DNA of 64,000 nucleotides, taken from positions 7,936,001 to 8,000,000 of the forward strand of contig OX597815.1 of the NCBI GenBank assembly GCA_951406725.2, given 5' to 3'. Position 1 is the first letter of the stretch; every line of letters starts with the position of its first letter. The notes under the pieces were generated by a model. That model was given only the letters and a program-made list of their open reading frames with translations. It searched no databases and was not told the origin of the DNA. Origin of the DNA: Octopus vulgaris (taxonomy: Eukaryota). A program made the translations under genes and the position numbers. Below, piece after piece: positions 38,689 to 52,308 of the stretch.

Positions 38689-38689
<1 letters not shown>
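38215..38689 (+). mobile_element. Non-autonomous Helitron (type Z ends with an extra GC-rich internal segment)
   Basis: Shares GATTTAGATTCCTAACTACTCCCACATTTTGC and the 3' terminus with 32752 and 44027. Confidence 0.86.
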
Positions 38690-38734
<45 letters not shown>

Positions 38735-39184
38735 ATGTATAGGCACACACACGCATATGTATTTTGAAGTACATCTGCACATATACACACATTTCTGTAT
38801 AAGCTATTCTGCATTACAGAATACATCAATAGAGTCTTAGCTAGCATTATGAATTCACTGTTGTAAACACCATTATATACAATATCTCCGTGAGCAGTAA
38901 AAAAGAGGTCAGCCAGGCTAGTTTCAATCCTGATCAAAGAGTTCATCAGGAACTGCGTACTCGTTTTAATTGTCCACGGATGCAATGTTTATAAACCCAC
39001 TACTGCTAAAAGCTTAAGAAAATTGGATGGGTTCCCGTATTATATCAAATTTTTGGCAGCGCGTTGGATAATTAAATTACTGATGCGTTAATAGTGTTTT
39101 GTTTCAATGCTGTTACTGTACAGACAACATCTATAGATTTTTGGCCAACAGTGTATGTAATAGGCAGATGTAACACACCCGTAA

Positions 39185-39239
39185 CACACACATACACACA
39201 CTCACAAACACACCAATACACACACACACTTACACACAC

Positions 39240-39299
<60 letters not shown>

Positions 39300-39329
39300 T
39301 GTACACACGCAAATACACACATCTATATA

Positions 39330-39373
<44 letters not shown>

Positions 39374-39402
39374 GTACGCACGAAAATACACACATCTATA
39401 TA

Positions 39403-39446
<44 letters not shown>

Positions 39447-39472
39447 TGTATATATGTATATATAATATATAT

Positions 39473-39523
<51 letters not shown>

Positions 39524-39715
39524 CATACATATATATATACACACACACGCACGCACATATACATATATATATTGTACATGGGGCTATTTGTATATGTATA
39601 TATATATATATATATATTTGTGTATGCCTGTGTGCGTGCATGTGTCTAATGTATATGTACACACATATCCGTTTATATGCATGTATGTATGTATGTATGT
39701 ATATATGTATGTACG
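39185..39715. repeat. Compound (CA)n/(TA)n/(TATG)n microsatellite with a local ~70-bp duplication
   Basis: AATGTAC(A/G)CACG(C/A)AAATACACACATCTATATATGTGTGCA occurs twice. Confidence 0.88.
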
Positions 39716-39855
39716 CAATGTGCAAGGCGTGCAGGGCTGTGAGAACAGCAATATGTTCCATTTCTCACCTTCGTCATCCATATTGGAGCAAATTATCAGA
39801 ACTTCAAACAATGATCAAAGAACAATATAACATCTCCACAAACAACAATAACAAT

Positions 39856-39886
<31 letters not shown>

Positions 39887-40194
39887 GCAACAACAAGCGC
39901 ATTTAGCAAACACTACTAGTAGCAGCGCCAACAACAACAACAACAACAACAACAACATCAAGAAGAACAGTAACAACATCAATATTTCACCTCTATCGAT
40001 TAATTCTGTATTATGAAATTCTGTTCTCGGGGGATTATCACTAATTTTCGGATATTTTCCCTTTGAAGTGACCAAGGTGTAAAGACAACAACAAACAACA
40101 AACAATAAACAATAACAACAACTAAAACAACAACAAACAACGAAAGCAAAAACAGTTGCTGCAGCAGAGTAACAAAAACAACAACAACAACAAT

Positions 40195-40233
<39 letters not shown>

Positions 40234-40350
40234 AGCATGAACGTGTTTATGACGATGATGATGATGATGATGATGGTGGTGATGATGATGGTGGTGATGA
40301 TGATGATGATGATGATGCTGATGATGATGATGATGATGATGACGATGACG

Positions 40351-40382
<32 letters not shown>

Positions 40383-40611
40383 GATGAAGATGATGGTGAT
40401 GATGATGATGATGGTGATGATGATGGTGATGGTGATGATGATGATGATGATGATGATGGTGATGGTGATGATGATGGTGATGATGATGATGATGATGATG
40501 GTGATGGTGATGATGATGGTGATGATGATGGTGATGGTGATGATGATGATGATGATAGCAATTATGATGCTCGCGATGGTAACGATAAAAATGGTTTTGA
40601 TGATGATGATT

Positions 40612-40664
<53 letters not shown>

Positions 40665-41229
40665 GGTGGTGGTGGTGGTGGTGGTGGTGGTGGTGGTGGC
40701 GGTGGCGGCGGTGGGTTAGGGTGAATAAACGATCGACGTTCTCTAAAACAGCTGAGATAACGATGATAATAATAAAAAAAAAACCCGCACTAAACATATT
40801 AGTACGAAGAGCATCATTAACTGCAACAACAACAACAACAGCAGCAGAGGGAAAATATGCTAAAGCAGTAATAACTACTACAGTTACTGCTCTACTACTA
40901 CTAGTAATGGTGATGATGATGACGATGATGATGACGATGATGACGATGGTGATGATGATGATGATGATGATAGTACTAATAATAATACTAATGATGACGA
41001 TGATGATGATGATGATGATGATGATGAGGAGGAGGAGGAGGAGGAGGAGGAGGATCATCATCATCATCATGACGATGACGATGATGATGATGATGATGAT
41101 GATGAAGATTATGATGATGACGATGACGATGATGATGATGACGATGACGATGACGATGATGATGATTAAATAATAATAATAATAATTTTCAACTAGCGAT
41201 AACCACGCCTCGGATTTACCTCATTGGCC

Positions 41230-41272
<43 letters not shown>

Positions 41273-41337
41273 TGATGATGATGATAATAATAATAATAAT
41301 GATAATAATAATGATGATGATGATGATGATGATGATG

Positions 41338-41365
<28 letters not shown>
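40195..41365. repeat. (TAC)n/(GAT)n/(GGT)n/(AAT)n trinucleotide arrays
   Basis: Direct reading. Confidence 0.95.
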
Positions 41366-41368
<3 letters not shown>

Positions 41369-41593
41369 TAGCAACAAAAACAACATTGTTACTACTACGA
41401 CTACTACTTTAACTACCGCTACCGCCTCTGCTATTGCCTCTTCTGCTACTGGTGTTGTTGCTGCAACTGCAATAGTGACAGTAACGACAGAAAAAAAATG
41501 TTATGAAAAAAGAAAAAGGACTACAAAACAAGACCAACAACACCACCATAAGTGAAGCTGCATTAAATGAAATACAACAATTACAAGAACGAT

Positions 41594-41752
41594 GGCAGAG
41601 TGGCTGTGTGGTAAGTAGCTTGTTTACCAACTACACGGTTCCGGGTTCAGTCCCACTGCGTGGCATCTTGGGCAAGTGTTTTCTACTATAGCCTCGGGCC
41701 GACCAAAACCTTGTGAGTGGATTTGGTAGATGGAAACTGAAAGAAGCCCGTC

Positions 41753-41791
<39 letters not shown>

Positions 41792-42020
41792 TGTGTGTGT
41801 TTGTGTGTCTGTGTTTGTCCCCCTAGCATTGCTTGACAACCGATGCTGGTGTGTTTATGTCCCCGTTACTTAGCAGTTCTGCAAAAGAGACCGATAGAAT
41901 AAGTACTGAGCTTACAAAAGAATAAGTCCCGGGGTCGATTTGCTCGACTAAAGGCGGTGCTCCAGCATGGCCACAGTCACATGACTGAAACAAGTAAAAG
42001 AGTAAAAGAGTAAAGAGTAA
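41594..42020 (+). mobile_element. SINE family B, full length
   Basis: Matches the consensus. Confidence 0.92.
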
Positions 42021-42729
42021 CAATAAAAGCCTTTATTACTTCCAACGGCACACAACTCACACTAGCCCTTCTGTAGATATTTTCATTCCAGTTGATTCAT
42101 CAAGAAATGAAACTCCTCCTACCATTTTAACCCCACAACGGCCACCACTCTCGGCATCCTCCCTCCAATCCACAAAAACAGTTCTCTCCAGATTAGCTCT
42201 TGTATTCATCTTTTTATTTCTCTTTCTACTGAATATATCTGGTTGTGTTATGGAAACGGCAAGCTCTGGCCTGGCTAACAACGAGCCTACCATTTTCATT
42301 ACCTACAACCTGATAGAAACAGCTGTTGAATCGCTCTATTTGTTCACTTAACACAACTACAATTTCTTCCTGACAAGTCTTTACTTGTCTAAAGCAACTT
42401 AAACACAGAATTGAGATACTGGCACCAGGATTACATTTGGCCACCACTTGATATTAATGCTGTTGTTGTTATTTCCGCACTCCCTTGTTGCTTGGCCCGC
42501 ACGACGAAGACGGTATCCCTCTATATTCTTCTCAAATACTTCTCCATTTGCGCAAGTGTGACCTTTTCTATTCGGCGATCCTCCCCCCACCAGACCGATT
42601 TTGTAAGGGGCTTTGGTGACAGAGCAAAAATAGTTCTCTTTTCGCTACTCTGGTCGACCGATTGCGCACCTCAGAGCTGATCTTTGCGACGTCAATACTG
42701 TAATTGCTGCATGTGTTGATGTTGCAGTT

Positions 42730-43108
42730 GTCGCTGTCGCTGTTGCTGTTGCTGTTGAGCGAACGGTCTTCGTCCCAGAGCTTGCAAGATGGGAGAAGTC
42801 CGAAACGTGGTCCTTTGCTATTCGTAAGACCCGCAGAAGAGAAAGCAGGTCAACCCCCGACACCGAGAGCATCGACGGATGGATGATTGCGCATCCAGGC
42901 TCAGCGGTTGCGTAGGAAGTCGGGGACAAGAAACAGGAAGAATGAGTGAGAGAAAGTTGGAGCGAAAGAGTACAACATGGGTCGCCACCACCCCCTGCCG
43001 GAGCCCTGTGGAGCTTTAGGTGCTTTCGCTCATTAAACACACACAACGCCCGGTCTGGGAATCGAAACCGCGAGTCCGCTGCCCTAACCATTGGGCCATT
43101 GCGCTTCC
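42730..43108 (-). mobile_element. SINE with family C head and body but a different 3' tail ending in (CAACAG)n
   Basis: Matches family C up to CTTCCTGTTTCT, then an unrelated ~170-bp tail. Confidence 0.8.
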
Positions 43109-43194
43109 ACTGCTGCTGGTGCTGGTGGTTGTTTTGGTGGTGTTTCTGACTGCCACAGTGAATAGGATAGTAGCATTTTTTGTAGTAGTAGTGA

Positions 43195-43429
43195 AGGCGG
43201 CGAGCTGGCAGAAACGTTAGCACGTCGGGCGAAATGCTTAGCGGTATTTCGGATGCCGTTACGTTGTGAGTTCAAATTCCGCCGAGGTCGACTTTGCCTT
43301 TCATCCTTTCGGGGTCGATAAATTAAGTACCAGTGACGCACTGGGGTCGATGTAATCGACTTTATGCCTTTGTCTGTCCTTGTTTGTCCCCCTCTGTGTT
43401 TAGCCCCTTGTGGGTAATAAAGAAATAGG
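43195..43429 (+). mobile_element. SINE family A monomer
   Basis: Consensus match; TSD TTGTAGTAGTAG. Confidence 0.93.
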
Positions 43430-43623
43430 TTGTAGTAGTAGAGGGGCTAGTGTTGGTAGAAGAAGTGGAAAAATATTGTTTTGGTTGGTGATGGAGGCGT
43501 TACTTGTCCACAGGATAATGAAATGAAGCGGCTGTCAAAGGTCGTTGTAGTGGTAGAAACATTAGTAAAGGTAGCGCTTTCGTTGTTGTTATGGTGGTGG
43601 TCGTCGCTGTCCTTTGTTGTTGC

Positions 43624-43659
<36 letters not shown>

Positions 43660-44026
43660 CGTCGTCGTCGTCGTCGTTGTTGTTGTTGTCGTCGTCGTCG
43701 TCGTTGTTGTTGTTGTTTTTGTTGTTAAGCAACAAGACAGGTAAGGGTGATTAGGTGATGGTCTAGGGCTTAGGGGCGGGAGACTCCCAGACCTTGGAAA
43801 AGAAAAAAAAAACTTTGGGGGTCTTGTTGTAGTCGAGGGTTCTTCGTTGACGCCCGACACCACTAGGAGGTGGCTCTCGAAGTCGCTGGAAATGGAGAGT
43901 TCTAGGTCCAAATTCTTGGACGGCTGCTGCTGCTGCTGTTTTAACTCTATCTCTAGGTTTGGCAACGCCGAGAAACCTTTTGCATGAAAAATAACGAAAT
44001 GGAAGCTATTTTGGATTTATTATTTA

Positions 44027-44424
44027 CTAGCAGTATCGCCCGGCGTTGCTCGGGTTTTCAAGGGAAATAACTATATAAGCATTTTTAGAGAGTTATAGCC
44101 AAAAAATAGCAAAAAAATGCATTAAAAATGGAAAAAAAATTATGGTAAATTTTTTTAAAAATCGTTGACTCATCGTAGACATTTTTAGAGAGTTACTTCC
44201 CTTATATAATAGCGAAAAAATGCATTAAAATGGAAAAAATGATGGTAAATTTTTTTTTAAATCGTAGACTCATCGTAGACGCGCTAATACCCAGAAGGGC
44301 TCAATATGAATCACGACTATAAGATACCCGGTTTTGGTTAAACTGCACCGCAAAATGTGGGAGTAGTTAGGAATCTAAATCGTAGGAGACAGACAGCACA
44401 CAACTTCACTTTTATATATAAAGA
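44027..44424 (-). mobile_element. Non-autonomous Helitron (body type Z)
   Basis: TC and CTAG termini, subterminal hairpin, A|T insertion. Confidence 0.9.
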
Positions 44425-44790
44425 TTGTCATTTGTGATATTGTTATTTAGTTGTTGGTGCCCGGGATGATATTTATGTAAAAATCATTCTGACCAATATT
44501 CAAATGAAATTACATTTTCGTTTCAGGAAACAACAGCCTTTAGGTTTATCAGCTTGGCATGCAACCACTTCTCACTCGTTAAACCTTATTAACATCTAGG
44601 CAGGAGTCGGGGGTGGGGTTGGGAGATAGGTGCACATTTCCTTACTAGGAAGGAAATGTGAGTTTTTAAAATCCTATTTTTCCAAAGATGAGGAACAAAC
44701 TCTAGAAACAAAAATTCAAAATTCTGAAGAAGATATCTGAAAAGAAGTAAACAAAAACGTAACGTTACAGTCTGTGCAGTTTGTCAAGCT

Positions 44791-45447
<657 letters not shown>

Positions 45448-45449
45448 TT

Positions 45450-46030
45450 TCTAATGTAGGCACAAAGCCAACATTCTTTAAAAGAGGGGTAGTAATCCAT
45501 ACCATCGACCAATAGTGCTTAACTAGTACTTTTATTTTGTCGACCCCAGAGAGATGAAAGACAAACACGACGCCGGCGAGATTTGAACCCAGCAAAATAA
45601 AGCGCCGAAATAAATACCTCGAAGCATTTTCCAACGATCAAATAATTTTTTCAACTCAATAATAATAATTCTTTCTACTAAAGGTATAATGTTTGGTGGG
45701 AGGGACTGATCGACTAGATCGAAGCCGGTGCTCATCTGGTACTTTATGTTATCGATCCCGAAAGGATGACAGGCAAAGTTGACCTCGGCGGCATTTGAAC
45801 TCAGAGCGTGATGCTGAAAGAAATGCCGCTAAGTGTTTTTACGACTTGCTAACAATTTGGCCAGCTTGCCACTTTTAAGCAAAGAAGGTTGGCTTCAAAG
45901 CCAGCAACTTTAAGGGAGGAGTTAAGTTGATAGCATCTACCTCAGTCCATGAGGGTAATTATTTTATGGACCCCCTAAAGGATGAAAGGCAAAAATCGAC
46001 CTCGGTTGAATTTGGACTCAGAGCCAAAAC
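45450..46030 (-). mobile_element. Three degenerate SINE-A-related copies
   Basis: Repeated GATGA(A/C)AG(G/A)CAAA..GAC(C/G)(T/C)CGG..ATTTG(A/G)AC. Confidence 0.75.
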
Positions 46031-46278
46031 TAAGAGTATAAGTAATTTTCCCAGCGATGACCAAAAGCCTGTAAAACCATACAAAACTCTGCTTCACTCA
46101 GCCTAGAGCCTACGCAAAACACTTTCTATCCAATGGCATAAACGAAACAGTACAACGTCACAAACAACCAACCGATAAAATAACACAACACGTTACTCCG
46201 AAACTGATAACGAATTCTACAGTAACTAACATTCTACATAAGTGCCACTCATTAATATAGCACATGCACACATACACA

Positions 46279-46757
46279 CATCATCATCATTGTTCGACCG
46301 TGGTCGAGACAATGGAATTTACCATGCTACGCCAGACTTCACGGTCCATCATGGCATTACGGAGGTCCTGTTGCTGGAAGCTTGTATCCCTGGAGATTAC
46401 ATCAGGGTAGGAGAGTGTGCGCCCTCTGGTATCGTGAGCAGATGGCTTCCAGAGGAGAAGAGTAGAAATTACCTCGTTTTCAGCTCTACAACAATGTCCA
46501 GCAAACTGGACTCTCTTACCTTTCACAAGAGATGACACAGGTGGTAGTTTCCCATATATTTGCATTTTGGTTGGATGGCGCCTCCACGAGAGATTTTGAG
46601 CTCTCATAAGGAGGCGAGTGTAGGTTCCATCCAACCGCCTCTCAAGCTTCTTTGATAACGTCCAGGTTTCTGAGCCATACAGTAGAATTGGTTCGACTGT
46701 GGCTTTGAAGATTTCAAGTTTGAAGTCTCTACTTAGATTTGATGACCAGATCTTATG
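46279..46757 (-). mobile_element. 5'-truncated RTE-type LINE, open ORF C-terminus (~155 aa) with (TGA)n tail
   Basis: KIWSSNLSRDFKLEIFKATVEPILLYGSETWTL..RLDGTYTRLLMRAQNLSWRRH..FAGHCCR..W. Confidence 0.9.
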
Positions 46758-46761
46758 CATG

Positions 46762-46793
<32 letters not shown>

Positions 46794-46877
46794 TGTATGT
46801 ATGTATGTATGTATGTATGTATGTATGTATGCATGCATGAATGTTTGGTGTGTGTGTATCATGTATGTACGTAGTAC

Positions 46878-47024
46878 GCAGGCGTGTCTGAGTGGTAAGA
46901 AGTCTGCTTCCCAACAATATGGTTCCGTGTTCGGTACCACTGCTTGGCACCTCGGGCAAGTGTCCTCGGGCCGACCAAAGCTTGGTGAGTGGATTTGGTG
47001 GACGGAAACTAAATGAAGCCCGTC

Positions 47025-47066
<42 letters not shown>

Positions 47067-47197
47067 GTGTGTGTGTCTGTGTATGTATGTATGTATGTAT
47101 GTATGTATGTATGTATGTATGTATGTATGTATGTATGTATGTATGTATGTATGTATGTATGTATGTATGTATGTATATATGTATGTATGTATGTATG

Positions 47198-47231
<34 letters not shown>

Positions 47232-47297
47232 TGTATGTATGTATGTATGTATGTATGTGTGTATGTATGTATGTATGTATGTATGTGTGTATGTATG

Positions 47298-47331
<34 letters not shown>

Positions 47332-47477
47332 TGTATGTATGTATGTATGTATGTATGTATGTGTGTATGTATGTATGTATGTATGTATGTATGTATGTAT
47401 GTATGTATGTATGTATGTATGTATGTATGTATGTATGTATGTATGTATGTATGTATGTATGTATGTGTGTATGTATG

Positions 47478-47511
<34 letters not shown>

Positions 47512-47613
47512 TGTATGTATGTGTGTATGTATGTATGTATGTATGTATGTATGTATGTATGTATGTATGTATGTATGTATGTATGTATGTATGTATGTAT
47601 GTGTGTATGTATG

Positions 47614-47647
<34 letters not shown>

Positions 47648-47677
47648 TGTATGTATGTATGTATGTGTGTATGTATG

Positions 47678-47711
<34 letters not shown>

Positions 47712-48049
47712 TGTATGTATGTATGTATGTATGTATGTATGTATGTATGTATGTATGTATGTGTGTATGTATGTATGTATGTATGTATGTATGTGTGTAT
47801 GTATGTATGTATGTATGTATGTATGTATGTATGTATGTGTGTATGTATGTATGTATGTATGTATGTATGTATGTATGTATGTATGTATGTATGTATGTAT
47901 GTATGTATGTATGTATGTATGTATGTATGTATGTATGTATGTATGTATGTATGTATGTATGTATGTATGTATGTATGTATGTATGTATGTATGTGTGTAT
48001 GTATGTATGTATGTATGTATGTATGTATGTATGTATGTATGTATGTATG

Positions 48050-48083
<34 letters not shown>

Positions 48084-48491
48084 TGTGTGTATGTATGTAT
48101 GTGTGTATGTATGTATGTATGTATGTATGTATGTATGTATGTATGTATATATGTATGTATGTATGTATGTATGTGTGTATGTATGTATGTGTGTATGTAT
48201 GTATGTGTGTATGTATGTATGTGTGTATGTATGTATGTGTGTATGTATGTATGTGTGTATGTATGTATGTATGTATGTATGTATGTATGTATGTATGTAT
48301 GTATGTATGTATGTATGTATGTGTGTATGTATGTATGTATTGTATGTATGTATGTATGTATGTATTGTATGTGTGTATGTATGTATGTATGTATGTATGT
48401 ATGTGTGTATGTATGTATGTGTGTATGTATGTATGTGTGTATGTATGTATGTGTGTATGTATGTATGTATGTATGTATGTATGTATGTATG

Positions 48492-48525
<34 letters not shown>

Positions 48526-48892
48526 TGTGTGTATGTATGTATGTATGTATGTATGTATGTATGTATGTATGTATGTATGTATGTATGTATGTATGTATGT
48601 ATGTATGTATGTATGTATGTATGTATGTATGTATGTATGTATGTATGTATGTATGTATGTATGTGTGTATGTATGTATGTATGTATGTATGTGTGTATGT
48701 ATGTATGTGTGTATGTATGTATGTATGTATGTATGTATGTATTGTATGTGTGTATGTATGTATGTATGTATGTGTGTATGTATGTATGTATGTATGTATG
48801 TATGTATGTATGTATGTATGTGTGTATGTATGTATGTATGTATGTATGTATGTATGTATGTATGTATGTATGTATGTATGTATCTATGTATG

Positions 48893-48926
<34 letters not shown>

Positions 48927-49236
48927 TGTATGTATGTATGTATGTATGTATGTATGTATGTGTGTATGTATGTATGTATGTATGTATGTATGTATGTATG
49001 TATGTATCTATGTATGTATGTATGTATGTATGTATGTATGTATGTATGTATGTATGTATGTATGTATGTATGTATGTATGTATGTATGTATGTATGTATG
49101 TATGTATGTATGTATGTATGTATGTATGTATGTATGTATGTATGTATGTATGTATGTATGTATGTATGTATGTATGTATGTATGTATGTATGTATGTATG
49201 TATGTATGTATGTATGTATGTATGTATCTATGTATG

Positions 49237-49270
<34 letters not shown>

Positions 49271-49738
49271 TGTATGTATGTATGTATGTATGTATGTATG
49301 TATGTATGTATGTATGTATGTATGTATGTATGTATGTATGTATGTATGTATGTATGTATGTATGTATGTATGTATGTATGTATGTATGTATGTATGTATG
49401 TATGTGTGTATGTATGTATCTATGTATGTATGTGTATGTATGTATGTATGTATGTATGTATGTATGTATGTATGTATGTATGTATGTATGTATGTATGTG
49501 TGTATGTATGTATGTATGTATGTATGTGCGTCTTTGTCTCTGTGTATCTCCCCCATACCGCTTAACAATTGCTGTTGGTGTCTTTACATGCCCGTAACTT
49601 AGCGGTTCGGCAAAAGAGATGATAGAATAAATACCATGGTTAAAAATGATAAGACTTGGGGTCGATTTGTTCGACTAAAAAACCTTCAAGGTGGTGCTCC
49701 AGCATGGCTGCTGTTAACTAACTGGCACAGGTAAAAGT
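46878..49738 (+). mobile_element. SINE family B with its internal microsatellite expanded to ~2.5 kb
   Basis: Head and core 46878-47025, (TA)n/(TATG)n 47026-49527, 3' half 49528-49738. Confidence 0.8.
47026..49527. repeat. ~2.5-kb (TATG)n array
   Basis: Direct reading. Confidence 0.98.
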
Positions 49739-49764
49739 ATATATATGGTAAGTACGTACGTATG

Positions 49765-49814
<50 letters not shown>

Positions 49815-49869
49815 CTATGAATTAGAGATAAAACCATATGTATATATGTATGTATGTACGTGTGTATAT

Positions 49870-50077
49870 ATTTGTGTGTCTGTATTTGTCCTCCCACCAT
49901 TGCTTGACAACCGATGGTGATGTGTTCACGTCCCCGTAACTTAGCGGTTCAGCAAAAGAGACTGATAGAATAAGTACTAGGCTTACAAAGAATAAGTCCT
50001 GGGGTCGATTTACTCGACTAAAGGCGGTGCTCCAGCATGGCCGCAGTCAAATGACTGAAACAAGTAAAAAAAAAAGA

Positions 50078-50078
<1 letters not shown>
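49870..50078 (+). mobile_element. SINE family B 3' half
   Basis: Tail motifs present. Confidence 0.88.
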
Positions 50079-50121
<43 letters not shown>

Positions 50122-50651
50122 CGATGGGTAAATTTTCGCCATTTTATATTTTATAATTTTAATTTCGTGCGTATACATTGTTTTTTTTTTATTTTGTCGA
50201 CTACACAGCATAGTAGAGTCAATTGGGCACCATGTGTGAGTAAAAAACAGCACCATGACGCAATTAACTCTGTTACAAATTTGGAATCGACATGCTGTAC
50301 TGCTTGGCATTCGCGTCGGAAACTCCAATACAAGCATTTCAGAGTGTTTGGGTGTCAATCTGAGGAGAGTGCATGTAACAAGAGTGATAAAAATCACTAA
50401 GAGTGATAAACATCCTCTCAACATCATGGTGTTTGGAGTGATTACTAGTGATGGCGACGTTATGTCTCCACTCATCTTCCCACAGGGCCTCACATTCAAC
50501 ACGAAGGCCAAAATCACAAGTGCCTGGAGGAGGAGGTGGTGCTGCCCTAGGTCAAGAGGGTGGCTGCTGGAAGACACTATTTCTGACAACAGGACTCTGC
50601 ACCATGCCACACAAGGTAGTCATGGCTGTCAGACAATTTCTGCGACTTCAG

Positions 50652-50882
50652 AAGGCGGTGCGCTGCAGAATCGTTAACACGCCGGACAAAATGCTTAGCG
50701 GTATTTCGTCTGTCTTTACGTTCTGAGTTCAAATTCCGCCGAGGTCGACTTTGCCTTTAATCCTTTCGGAGTTATAAATTAAGTACCAGTTACGCACTGG
50801 AGTCGATGTAATCGACTTAATCCCTTTGTCTGTCCTTGTTTGTCCCCTCTATGTTTAGCCCCTTGTGGGCAATAAAGAAATA
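50652..50882 (+). mobile_element. SINE family A
   Basis: Consensus match; TSD ACAATTTCTGCGACT. Confidence 0.92.
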
Positions 50883-50957
50883 ACAATTTCTGCGACTACA
50901 TCACAGCTAACATCTGACTACCTAACTCCCCAGACTGCAACCCACTTGATTATTATA

Positions 50958-51174
50958 TATTTCTTTACTACCCACAAGGGGCTAAACACAGAGGGGACAA
51001 ACAAGGACAGACAAAGGGATTAAGTCGACTACATCGACCCCAGCGTAACTGGTACTTAATTTATCGACCCCGAAAGAATGAAAGGCAAAGTCGACCTCGG
51101 CGGAATTTGAACTCGGAACGTAACGACAGACGAATTTCGCCCGGCGTGCTAACGTTTCTACCAGCTCGCCGCCT
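50958..51174 (-). mobile_element. SINE family A
   Basis: Consensus match; TSD CTTGATTATTATAT. Confidence 0.92.
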
Positions 51175-51488
51175 TGATTATTATATGTGAGGTGCAGTTG
51201 AGCGAGAGGTCAACAAACTCCTTGTAACACCAAAGATGAACTGAAGCCAAGGATTATGGCAGCATTGACCAATTTAAACAAGGAGACAGTACAGAAGAGT
51301 TCCAGGAGATTCTGAAGTCGTCTGGAGGCCGTGTTTGAAGCCAATGACGATTTTAGAGAATGAATTTCCTCTTTAGTATTTTAAGATGTTTTCATGTAAT
51401 TTTGGTAAATATATCTGTTAAAATAAGATGTCACTATTATTTTCATTTTTGCGTAATTTAGACGACAATATATTCACCGCACCCTGTA

Positions 51489-51544
<56 letters not shown>

Positions 51545-51911
51545 CAAACACATATATACATACATATACATGTATATAGGTATGTAAGTATCGAATGCAT
51601 AATAATTTTAAAAACAGCTTAGAATATTGGATAAATACCCTTAGAAGTCGAAAAAGTGACCAGCAAGCTACTACACAGGATCGAATCCTATATACATATA
51701 TGCATGCATGCATATATACATACATACATAATACATACATACATACATACATACATACATACATACATACATACATACATACATGCAAAAATATCCTGTT
51801 GTTGATGTCGATCTAGGTTAGAAACCGGCTCATTCTCTATTGGCAAGAAATCTTGAAATAAGACTGAATGATATACATACAAACATACATACACACACAT
51901 ACATACATACA

Positions 51912-51945
<34 letters not shown>

Positions 51946-52308
51946 CATGCGTGCGTGCATGCATGCAGCCAGGAAGGTTTGGAGGCAAAATTTCATTCGC
52001 AAAGTTCAAGAAACAATATCGTTTCCGTTCGTTGTAAAAGTTAATAACCAAGTCTTTCACGACCTCACACTTCAATAGTTTCTGAAAGGATATTTTTTTA
52101 CACTGTATCAAAGTAAAAATAACTTCATTGACAAAAAAGCTATCGCTGCTGTTAATGTACTTTCTACTTTGACACACCAGTTGTATAAACTGGATGTTAT
52201 CTCGGTGATAAAATGAAAGAAGTGAAGCGATGTGTAAAAGATATAGATGAAGAAGCAATATTTTGTTTTTAAAGCAGATGCCTATTACAGACTTTAAAAT
52301 AGCCACCT

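Larger units (their letters stand above)
50114..51488 (+). mobile_element. Decayed Tc1/mariner transposon (DD37D/maT-like) with two nested SINEs
   Basis: KHPLNIMVFGVITSDGDVM, QQDSAPCHT, PNSPDCNPLDYY, RLEAVFEANDDF; imperfect TIRs GTGCGATGGGTAAATTTTCGCC / GACGACAATATATTCACCGCACCCTGTA. Confidence 0.82.

Noticed and set aside
42025-42680. Possible decayed L1 ORF1 on the minus strand
   Set aside because: Only vague resemblance (EKYLRRI*RDTVFVVRAKQQGSAEI); no diagnostic motif or termini
46892-49602. 843-901 aa ORFs
   Set aside because: Stop-free translations of (TATG)n inside a SINE
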